A stretch of 64,000 nt of DNA, from NCBI GenBank assembly GCA_963752045.1, contig CAVVWN010000007.1, positions 157,961-221,960 on the forward strand. The letters run 5' to 3'. The notes beneath the pieces were generated by a model, which was not told the DNA's origin, searched no databases, and saw nothing but the letters and a program-made list of their open reading frames with translations. This DNA comes from an uncultured Acidobacteriota bacterium. Lineage in GTDB: Bacteria > Acidobacteriota > Vicinamibacteria > Vicinamibacterales > SCN-69-37. This document shows, piece after piece, positions 9,647 to 17,291 of the stretch (positions are counted from its first letter, which is position 1; every line of letters starts with the position of its first letter). The position numbers and the translations under genes are program-made.

Positions 9647-11737
9647 ATGGCGTCATTGCAATCACAGGGGCGGCTTCAGCGGACGGCGCAGGGCGGTTTC
9701 CTGCTGGCCTGCCTGGCGGGAGCCCTCGCCGGAACCGTCGCGGTCGCGGCACGTGCCCAGGACGCTGTTCCGGCATGGCCCCGATCGATCACGTCCGGAG
9801 CGTGGGTGGTGACGATCTACCAACCGCAGGCCGACACCTACGAGGGCGACAGGCTCGAGGGCCGGGCGGCCGTCTCGGTCCGCCGGACAGATGGGAGCGG
9901 CGAGCCGATTTTTGGCGCCGTGTGGTTCGCCGCACGCCTCGACATCAACCGCCAGGAACGCATGGCGTACGTCCGGGAGCTCACCGTTCCCGAAGTGCGC
10001 TTCGCCGACTCCACCGAGGAGCAACGCCGGCGGCTCACGGACCTGCTCGAGTCGGAGATGCCGAAGTGGAATCTCTCAATCGATCTCGACCGCCTCGTAG
10101 CGGACCTCGACGCCGGCGAGGCCGATGCTCTGACGGCCGGCCTCCGGCACGACCCGCCGCGGTTCGTCCACTCGATCGAGCCGGCCGTGCTGGTGCTGTT
10201 CGACGGCAAACCCACGGTGGCCGACCTCGAGGGCAGCGTCGGTCTTGAACGTGTCGTCAACACTCCGTATCCGGTGGTCCGGCAGAAGAGCGGCGCCACG
10301 TTCTATCTGTTCGGCGGCAATACGCTCTGGTACTCCGCAGCCGATCCGCTCGGGCCGTGGTCGGTGACGAAGTCGGTGCCTGCACCCGTTCAGCGGATCG
10401 CCGATGGCATCGAGACGGCGAAGAAGGAGACTGCGCCGTCCGACGCTCGCTCGCCACGCATCATCACCGCCACCGAACCGACCGAGCTCATCGTCACAGA
10501 CGGCGAACCGAGCTGGACGGCCATCGAAGGCGTGGACCTGCTCTACTGCGACAACACGTCCTCGGACGTGTTCCTCGAGACCTCGACGCAGCGGTATTTC
10601 GTGCTCGCCGCCGGCCGCTGGTTCGCCGGACAGGCCGTAGGCGACCAGGTGACGTGGGCTCACGTGCCGAATGACGAGCTGCCGGAGGCCTTCTCGGACA
10701 TTCCGGCCGACTCCCCGAAGGGAGCCGTGCTCGTGCACGTTGCCGGAACCGTCCAGGCGCGGCAGGAGCTCGTCGACAGCCGGATTCCGGACATCAGGTC
10801 GGTGCGACTCGGCGCCGCCTCGCTCGCCATCCGCTACGACGGTGAACCGGAGTTCCAGCCCGTGACCGGAGCGGAAGGCGTGAGTTACGCCGTCAATACG
10901 GCCGCGACCGTCTTCAGAACCGGCAACGCGTACTACGCCTGCGAGAACGCGGTGTGGTACCGCGCCGGCGTGCCCACCGGACCGTGGCAGGTTGCGACAG
11001 AGGTGCCGTCGGCCATCTACCTCGTCCCGCCGTCGAACCCTCACTACAACGCCACGTACGTGCGCGTGTACGACGCCACGCCGGAAGTGGCCTACGTGGG
11101 CTACACGCCAGGATACGTGGGGAGCTACGTCTCACACGGCAGTGTGGTCTGGGGCACGGGATGGAGCTACGACCCATGGTACGGCACGAGCTACTACCCG
11201 TTTCCGTGGACCTGGGGCCTGCACATGGGCTACCACCCGTGGTCGGGATGGGGCGTGGGCGTCGGTTGGGCGAGCGGACCGTTTCAGATCACGATCGGCT
11301 GGGTGGCCGGCCCGTACCAGCCGTATTCGTACGGCGGATGGTACGGACCTGGCGGCTTCATGGCGCCGTATCCGCGCGGGCCGGTGTATGTGAATCCCTC
11401 GCCCGGGATGACCGGCATGCAGTTTTCGCGGCCGGGCGTCTACGATAAGCCGACGATGTCAAACCGCGTGGCGCCGCCGCGGCCGATGGGCAGCTACGGG
11501 ATGCGGACCGATTCGGCCGGCACGGCCAACGACGTCTTCACCGACAAGGGTGGAAACATCTATCGCCAGAACGCGAGTGGCGGCTGGGACCAGCGGCAGG
11601 GTGGCACCTGGAACGCGGCCTCTGGCCTCGATCGCGGCTCCGGCACGTCGGCCACCCGCCCCGAGCTCGAAAGCGACGCCAGGGCCCGGTCACAGGGCGC
11701 CACCAGGTCCAGCCAGTTCCGCGGGAGTGGACGCTGA
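9647..11737 (+). CDS. large secreted protein of unknown function, paralog B
   Basis: ORF 8933..11737 trimmed to ATG 9647 (MASLQSQGRLQRTAQGGFLLACLAGALAGTVAVAARAQ), 1 nt after the stop of paralog A. Similarity to paralog A begins right after the signal peptide. Confidence 0.8.
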   Translation: MASLQSQGRLQRTAQGGFLLACLAGALAGTVAVAARAQDAVPAWPRSITSGAWVVTIYQPQADTYEGDRLEGRAAVSVRRTDGSGEPIFGAVWFAARLDINRQERMAYVRELTVPEVRFADSTEEQRRRLTDLLESEMPKWNLSIDLDRLVADLDAGEADALTAGLRHDPPRFVHSIEPAVLVLFDGKPTVADLEGSVGLERVVNTPYPVVRQKSGATFYLFGGNTLWYSAADPLGPWSVTKSVPAPVQRIADGIETAKKETAPSDARSPRIITATEPTELIVTDGEPSWTAIEGVDLLYCDNTSSDVFLETSTQRYFVLAAGRWFAGQAVGDQVTWAHVPNDELPEAFSDIPADSPKGAVLVHVAGTVQARQELVDSRIPDIRSVRLGAASLAIRYDGEPEFQPVTGAEGVSYAVNTAATVFRTGNAYYACENAVWYRAGVPTGPWQVATEVPSAIYLVPPSNPHYNATYVRVYDATPEVAYVGYTPGYVGSYVSHGSVVWGTGWSYDPWYGTSYYPFPWTWGLHMGYHPWSGWGVGVGWASGPFQITIGWVAGPYQPYSYGGWYGPGGFMAPYPRGPVYVNPSPGMTGMQFSRPGVYDKPTMSNRVAPPRPMGSYGMRTDSAGTANDVFTDKGGNIYRQNASGGWDQRQGGTWNAASGLDRGSGTSATRPELESDARARSQGATRSSQFRGSGR

Positions 11738-11754
11738 AGGGTTTGCAGGGCGCG

Positions 11755-12030
11755 TCAATCGAGTCGTATCGCCCCACAGTCGCTCAGCCGTGACAGCGCC
11801 TGTTCGACGTCGGTCGTGAGGTCGTCGGCGGCTTCCGGATACGCCCCGCGCAGCAGCTCGACAATCTCGCCGACCGTGCGTGCGCCATCGCAGAGGTCCC
11901 AGACGAGCGCGGCAGTCTCATTGAGAAACACCGTCTGGGCGGTGGCGGGACAGAACAGGAGTGCCTCGTTCTCGAGGCGCTCCAGCCTGCAATCGGCACC
12001 CTGTGTGGGCCTGGCTGACAGGTTCAGCAT
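11755..12030 (-). CDS. PqqD family protein (RiPP-recognition-element-like small protein)
   Basis: 91 aa. The pattern LENEALLFCPATAQTVFLNETAALVWDLCDGARTVGEIVELLRGAYP matches the PqqD/RRE consensus (xxLNxTAAxIWxLCDGxxTVxEIxxxL). It lies 19 nt downstream of the recQ stop on the same strand. Confidence 0.75.
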   Translation of the reverse strand: MLNLSARPTQGADCRLERLENEALLFCPATAQTVFLNETAALVWDLCDGARTVGEIVELLRGAYPEAADDLTTDVEQALSRLSDCGAIRLD

Positions 12031-12049
12031 CCCTCGATGCTATAGCGAA

Positions 12050-13864
12050 TCAGGCGGGCTCTTCGTGAATCGCCCGCAGGATGGTGTCGCCCAGCACCTC
12101 GGCCTTCTTTGCGCCGATGCCGTAGACCTGTTGGAGCTCGGCCGGCGTCGACGGCCTGAGGCGCGCCAGCTCCCTGAGCGTCGTGTCGTGGAAGATGACG
12201 TAGGGCGGCACGCCGCGCGCGTGCGCGAGCTCGGTGCGCAGGGCGCGGAGGCGGTCGAAGAGCACGCGATCGACACCCTCCCAGGACTCGGCCTCCACGC
12301 GCGACCGGCGCTGCGGCCTGTCCTTCTGCGGCTTCTTCTGACGCGCCAGCTCGAGGCCATCGGCGGCGAGTGGATCCCTGAGCAAGGCCACGCCCTCGGC
12401 GGTGAGCTGCAGCACCGGGTACTGGTCGTCGGTCTGCCGGACGAGCCCGCGCGCCACGAGCTGGTCGATGTAGCCGCGAACCTCGTTCATCGTCGCGTCG
12501 CGCAGGAGGCCGAACACGCTCAGCTGGTCGTGGCCGCGCTCGGTGACCGGACCACCCTCGCTGCCGCGCAGCACGTTGGTCACATGCGCGGCGCCGAACC
12601 GGCCACGCAGCCGCGCCACAGCCGACAGAATCTTGCGCGCAAGTGTCACCGGATCGCTCACCGACTCGAGCTCGCCCAGGCAGTAGTCGCACGCGCCGCA
12701 GTCATCTCGCCCGTACGCCTCGCCGAAGTAGCCGACCAGTCGCCGATGCCGGCATCCGACGCTGCCCGCATACCGCTCCATGTCGCGCAGGAGCGCGCGC
12801 CGCGCGTCGGTGAACGCCCCGTCCTGCTCGAACATCGTCTTCCACCGCATGAAGTCGCCAGCCGAGTAGATCAGAACGCATTCGGCCTCGAGACCATCGC
12901 GACCCGCGCGGCCAGACTCCTGCTGGTAGTGCTCGAGCGACTGCGGAGCCCCGGCATGAACGACGAACCGCACGTTCGAGCGATCGATGCCCATGCCAAA
13001 CGCCACGGTCGCCACGACGACGTCGGCCTCCTCGTTGAGAAAGGCATCCTGATTGCGATGACGCGTCTGGTCGTCGAGTCCGGCGTGATACGCGAGCGCG
13101 CGCACGCCTTCGGCCTGAAGCCACGAAGACAGCGCGTCCACTTCACGACGTGACTGGCAGTAGACGATGCCGGCCTGTCCGGCGTGCCGCGACAGCACGT
13201 CGGTGAGCTGCTTCTTGAGCACGCCCCGCGCCAGCACCCGGTAGACCAGGTTTGGCCGGTCGAAGGAGCCTACAAGCTCCACTGGATCGCGGAGTCCAAG
13301 CTGCGAGACGATGTCCTGTCGCACCCGCGCGGTGGCCGTGGCGGTGAAGGCATGAAGCGCCGCGTCGGGCCACCGATCGCGCAGCCTGGCGAGCTGCCGG
13401 TACTCGGGGCGGAAATCGTGGCCCCACTGGCTGATGCAATGCGCTTCGTCGATGGCGAAGAAGCTGAGCGGCTGCCGATCGACCAGGTTCAGGAAGCTCC
13501 CGCTTCCCTCCCCCACCAGCCGCTCCGGCGCGACGTATAGCAGCCGGTAGCGTCCGGTACGAATGCCCTCCGCCACCTCGGCGCGCCGATCGGGCGTGAG
13601 CGAGCTGTTGTAGCAGGCGGCAGGCACGCCGTTTTCCACGAGCGTGTCCACCTGGTCCTTCATGAGCGAAATGAGCGGGGAGACGACCACGGCAAGACCG
13701 TCCATCAGGAGCGCCGGCGCCTGAAAGCAGACCGACTTGCCGCCGCCGGTCGGCAGCACCAGCAACGAGTCGCGCCGGGCGAGGATGGCGTCCATCGCCT
13801 CCCGCTGATGCGGGCGGAACGAGGAGAAGCCCCAGTAACGCGACAGGACTTCCTGAAGGGACAT
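12050..13864 (-). CDS. recQ: ATP-dependent DNA helicase RecQ
   Basis: It has FRPHQREAM, LPTGGGKS, DEAHCISQWGHDFRPEY, a Cys4 zinc module (CRHRRL...CGACDYC) and a C-terminal HRDC-like region. Confidence 0.95.
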   Translation of the reverse strand: MSLQEVLSRYWGFSSFRPHQREAMDAILARRDSLLVLPTGGGKSVCFQAPALLMDGLAVVVSPLISLMKDQVDTLVENGVPAACYNSSLTPDRRAEVAEGIRTGRYRLLYVAPERLVGEGSGSFLNLVDRQPLSFFAIDEAHCISQWGHDFRPEYRQLARLRDRWPDAALHAFTATATARVRQDIVSQLGLRDPVELVGSFDRPNLVYRVLARGVLKKQLTDVLSRHAGQAGIVYCQSRREVDALSSWLQAEGVRALAYHAGLDDQTRHRNQDAFLNEEADVVVATVAFGMGIDRSNVRFVVHAGAPQSLEHYQQESGRAGRDGLEAECVLIYSAGDFMRWKTMFEQDGAFTDARRALLRDMERYAGSVGCRHRRLVGYFGEAYGRDDCGACDYCLGELESVSDPVTLARKILSAVARLRGRFGAAHVTNVLRGSEGGPVTERGHDQLSVFGLLRDATMNEVRGYIDQLVARGLVRQTDDQYPVLQLTAEGVALLRDPLAADGLELARQKKPQKDRPQRRSRVEAESWEGVDRVLFDRLRALRTELAHARGVPPYVIFHDTTLRELARLRPSTPAELQQVYGIGAKKAEVLGDTILRAIHEEPA

Positions 13865-13878
13865 CAGGACATCATACG

Positions 13879-13987
13879 GGTAACGACAGGTACGACAGGT
13901 ACGACGGGTACGACAGGTACGACAGGTACGACAGGTACGACAGGTACGACAGGTACGACGGGTACGACGGGTACGACGGGTGCCTCA
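13879..13987. repeat. tandem array of 9-bp unit GGTACGAC(A/G): 10 perfect units (13889-13978) plus a degenerate unit on each side
   Basis: Counted by hand. It reads (C/T)GTCGTACC on the recQ sense strand and ends 14 nt before the recQ ATG. Confidence 0.95.
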
Positions 13988-13993
13988 TGAAGA

Positions 13994-14039
13994 ATTCGGG
14001 GAGCCGGCCGGGTCTGAGTGGCCCGGTGGCTCCCCGAAT
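13994..14039 (-). terminator. stem-loop terminator candidate downstream of the outer-membrane protein gene
   Basis: Perfect 12-bp arms ATTCGGGGAGCC (13994-14005) and GGCTCCCCGAAT (14028-14039), followed on the minus strand by TTCTTC. It lies 27 nt after the stop at 14067. Confidence 0.6.
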
Positions 14040-14066
14040 GTCGTCAATGCGCCGAAGTGCGTGCGC

Positions 14067-14735
14067 CTAGCCGCCGAACTTGATGGCGATGCCGCCCGAG
14101 ACTTCGAACTGGTGCGAGTACTTCGAGTCGCCGACCACGTAGCAGCCCCAGAAGGGGTCGCACCACCAGCCGGCAGCCTCCGACGTGATGTAGGTCGGCG
14201 TCCAGCGGACACCGGCCTTGAAGCCAACGTTGCGGCTCTGTCCGGCGTAGAACTTCACGCCGGCGCCCCAGGTCGTGCTGAATCTCGTCGTCGATTCGGT
14301 GCTTCGTGCCTGGCCGAGCGAAGTGAAGTCCACGCTGCCGTAGTTGGTGGCGCCGAACCCGATCATCACGTAGGGGCGCACGGCGGCGTCGAACTCGCCG
14401 AAGTTGTAGCCGAAGTAGCCGTGGTAGTTGTCCACGTTCATGTCGCCAACGGTCGTCGTGGCCGTGCCGCGCAGCCGCAGTTCCGACATCTGCCGGCCCC
14501 ACTGGAAGCCGAACTCGCCGCCGTTGCGGGCGATGTAGCCGGCCGAGAAGCTGAACGACATCCCGTCGACGGGTTCGATGCGGTTGTACGCGTTTCCGTC
14601 CGGCGCCTCAACGGCATCGCCGGAAATTCCGTTGCTCACGGTCCAGCCGATGTTGCCGGTGATCTCCATCTGCGCCTGCGCTGGCGCCGCGAGCGCCACA
14701 ACCAGGCCCGCTCCAACTAGTGCTCTCGAGAACAT
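14067..14735 (-). CDS. outer membrane beta-barrel protein (OmpW/OmpA-N-like small porin family)
   Basis: GGAG lies upstream of ATG 14735. It has a signal peptide MFSRALVGAGLVVALAAPAQA and an alternating aromatic/Gly-rich beta-strand pattern through to the C-terminus. Confidence 0.7.
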   Translation of the reverse strand: MFSRALVGAGLVVALAAPAQAQMEITGNIGWTVSNGISGDAVEAPDGNAYNRIEPVDGMSFSFSAGYIARNGGEFGFQWGRQMSELRLRGTATTTVGDMNVDNYHGYFGYNFGEFDAAVRPYVMIGFGATNYGSVDFTSLGQARSTESTTRFSTTWGAGVKFYAGQSRNVGFKAGVRWTPTYITSEAAGWWCDPFWGCYVVGDSKYSHQFEVSGGIAIKFGG

Positions 14736-14928
14736 CAAGTCATCTCCTTCACTGATCCGAGGGCCTGTCACTCGTCCCTTCTGGACTGCCCTCAACACTT
14801 CAAGCTATCACACGCACAGCCAGGTAGTTCCCCGGTTTCCATGAAAAGGTGTTCACAAGTGCACACTGAGGATACTGGCCTGCACCACCGGCGGCGGTGT
14901 TGCCGCGGCATATACTTCGCCCACGACA

Positions 14929-15888
14929 GTGGCTGACGACGCACGTCTCTCCGTGATCGGCATCGACGCCGGCGGGTCCAAGACCGTATGCCGGCTGGCC
15001 GATGCCGACGGCCACGTGATCGCGGAGGCCCGCGGCCCCGGCGCGGGACTCCACGTGATGGCCGATGCGGATGTGGCGAGAACCCTGGGCGACGTCATCC
15101 GGCAGGTCTCCCGGTCTGACCGGCCGGGCCCGTCTGCCGTGTGCCTGGGAATGGCCGGCGTCGACCGCCCGGGCGAGCCGGAACGCATGGCGCGCGTGCT
15201 CGAGGGCCTCATCCCCGGCACGCGCGCGCTCGTCGTGAGCGACGCACTCATCGCGCTCGAAACCGGCGCCCCGGACGAACCGGGCGTCGTCATCGTCGCC
15301 GGAACTGGATCGATGGCCTACGGCCGCAACGCCGCGGGCCGCGCCGCACGCGCCGGTGGCTGGGGATACGTGCTCGGCGACGAGGGCAGCGGCTACTGGA
15401 TGGGCCGCCAGGCGCTGCAAGCGGTGATGCGAGCCGCGGACCGACGCGGGCCCCAAACGGCACTCACACCGCGCGTGCTGGCGCACTGGGGCGTCGACCG
15501 GCCTCAGGGTCTCGTCGAGAAGGTCTACGCGAGCGACCCCAAACCGTCCACCATTGCCGCGCTCGCCTCGCTCGTCGAAGACGCGGCCGTCGCAGGCGAC
15601 CCGATCGCGCAGCGCATCGTCAGTCATGGCGCTGCCGAACTGGCCACCGCGGCCACGTCGGTGGCCGCTCGCCTCGAACTCGAAGACACTCCGATGGTGC
15701 TCGGCGGCAGCCTCTTCCGGGTGATGCCGAGCCTCACCGCCGAGGTGACCGGGGAGCTGGGCCGGCGCATGCCGAATTCGACCGTGCGGCCGCTCGCGGC
15801 CGATCCGGTAGTGGGTGCGATCCGTCTGGCGCTTGCCGTGGCCGAGGACCGCCTGCGCCTGCCGGTGTACGCCGACGAAGGCGACTGA
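14929..15888 (+). CDS. BadF/BadG/BcrA/BcrD-type ATPase (N-acetylglucosamine kinase-like)
   Basis: It has IGIDAGGSKT, GMAGVDRP, AGTGSMAYG and GWGYVLGDEGSGYWMG, the ASKHA sugar-kinase motifs of this family. GTG start. Confidence 0.75.
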   Translation: MADDARLSVIGIDAGGSKTVCRLADADGHVIAEARGPGAGLHVMADADVARTLGDVIRQVSRSDRPGPSAVCLGMAGVDRPGEPERMARVLEGLIPGTRALVVSDALIALETGAPDEPGVVIVAGTGSMAYGRNAAGRAARAGGWGYVLGDEGSGYWMGRQALQAVMRAADRRGPQTALTPRVLAHWGVDRPQGLVEKVYASDPKPSTIAALASLVEDAAVAGDPIAQRIVSHGAAELATAATSVAARLELEDTPMVLGGSLFRVMPSLTAEVTGELGRRMPNSTVRPLAADPVVGAIRLALAVAEDRLRLPVYADEGD

Positions 15889-15934
15889 CGAGGCCGCGGC
15901 CATGGTGAAATAGGCGCAACCAAGGGGAGGTCTC

Positions 15935-17266
15935 GTGAGACGCTCAGCAATCGCCCTCGTAGCCACGGCCACCTTCTTCGCACCGGCGCCGACGGCCGCC
16001 CAGGATGCCTACTGGACGAGCGTGCAGGCCGAAGCGTCCCGGCTGCTCCAGCAGTACGTCCGGATCGACACGTCGGTGCCTCCGGGCGACGTGACGAAAG
16101 CCGCCGATCTGCTGGAGGCCGTGCTCGAGAAGGAAGGGATCCCCGTCACGCGCTACGAATCCGGCCCCGGTCGCTCGATCGTCGTTGCCCGCCTCGAGGG
16201 CACAGGGCCGGCGAAACCCATTCTGCTCATGCACCACATGGATGTCGTTCCGGCCGACGGGAGCCGGTGGGCACGCGACCCGTTTGGCGGCGAGATCGCC
16301 GATGGTCGCCTGTGGGGCCGCGGCGCGATGGACATGAAGGGCGTCGGCGTGGCGCACCTCATGGCCTTTCTGACACTGAAACGCCAGAACGTGCCTCTCG
16401 CCCGTGACGTGATCTTCATGGCGGTGCCAGACGAGGAAATTGGCGGCGATCTCGGCAGCCGCTGGATGATCGAGCACCACTACGCGGAGCTCGACCCCGA
16501 GTTCGTGCTGGATGAAGGCGGCTTCGGCAGCGCGGACCTCTTCGCCACTGGCAAGCGCGTGTACGGCATCTCGGTCGCCGAGAAGAAGATCCTGTGGCTC
16601 ACCCTCCGCGCCGAGGGCGTGGCCGGCCACGGTTCGCAGCCCCACGACCAGAATCCCAACGACCGCCTCGTCGCCGCGCTCGCCCGGCTGCTCGGCGAGC
16701 CGCTGCCCACGTCCGACTTCAGCGTCCTCGAGACGATGCGGGCGCGGGTAGGCACGTTCGCCGAGAACAAGTTCACCAACGCCATCCGCCATTCGACGAT
16801 TTCGGTCACGTCACTTCGCTCGGGCGTGGGCGATCCGCCCAAGGTGAACGTGATTCCGTCGGTGGCCGAAGCGACGCTCGATTGCCGGCTGCTGCCGGGC
16901 ACGACGCGCGATGAGTGGCTTGCCGAGATCCGGCGGCGACTCGGCGACCCCGGCATCGCGATCGACGTGACGTACGAGTCGGAAGATCCCGTGGTGACGC
17001 CGACCGAGACAACGCTCTACCGGGCGCTCGAGGCGGCAGTCCTGCGAGACGACCCGTCAGCCATCGTCACCCCCATCCTGATCCCGTACGGCACCGATTC
17101 GAATTCCTTCCGCCCGAGAGGTGTCAAGAGCTACGGCTTCTTCCCGGCCTTGCTCTCGGCAGACGCGCTGTCGTCGATGCACGGCGATGCCGAGTTCATT
17201 CCCATCGACCAGCTGGGCCGCGCATCCCGCCTGCTCTTCGAAGCGCTTCGCGACACGGCCCGGTAG
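15935..17266 (+). CDS. M20 family metallopeptidase, secreted
   Basis: GGGGAGG lies upstream of GTG 15935, followed by a signal peptide. Motifs present: HHMDVVP, GRGAMDMKG and PDEEIGG. Confidence 0.85.
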   Translation: MRRSAIALVATATFFAPAPTAAQDAYWTSVQAEASRLLQQYVRIDTSVPPGDVTKAADLLEAVLEKEGIPVTRYESGPGRSIVVARLEGTGPAKPILLMHHMDVVPADGSRWARDPFGGEIADGRLWGRGAMDMKGVGVAHLMAFLTLKRQNVPLARDVIFMAVPDEEIGGDLGSRWMIEHHYAELDPEFVLDEGGFGSADLFATGKRVYGISVAEKKILWLTLRAEGVAGHGSQPHDQNPNDRLVAALARLLGEPLPTSDFSVLETMRARVGTFAENKFTNAIRHSTISVTSLRSGVGDPPKVNVIPSVAEATLDCRLLPGTTRDEWLAEIRRRLGDPGIAIDVTYESEDPVVTPTETTLYRALEAAVLRDDPSAIVTPILIPYGTDSNSFRPRGVKSYGFFPALLSADALSSMHGDAEFIPIDQLGRASRLLFEALRDTAR

Positions 17267-17291
17267 GGTTCATACGGGATCGGAGACGCTC

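Noticed and set aside
13879-13987. Possibility that the tandem arrays (here and at 261-437, 47189-47452, 55321-55415) are CRISPR arrays
   Set aside because: Periods are 7-9 bp with no unique spacers between units and no cas genes, so they are microsatellite-like arrays rather than CRISPR.
13808-13990. ORF translating to a TTG-repeat peptide (and the TGT/PSY/RTR repeat peptides at 47172..47369, 47332..48615, 46286..47263)
   Set aside because: The periodic amino-acid strings are a by-product of reading through the 9-mer DNA arrays in either direction. There is no start context, and the same arrays occur in both orientations.
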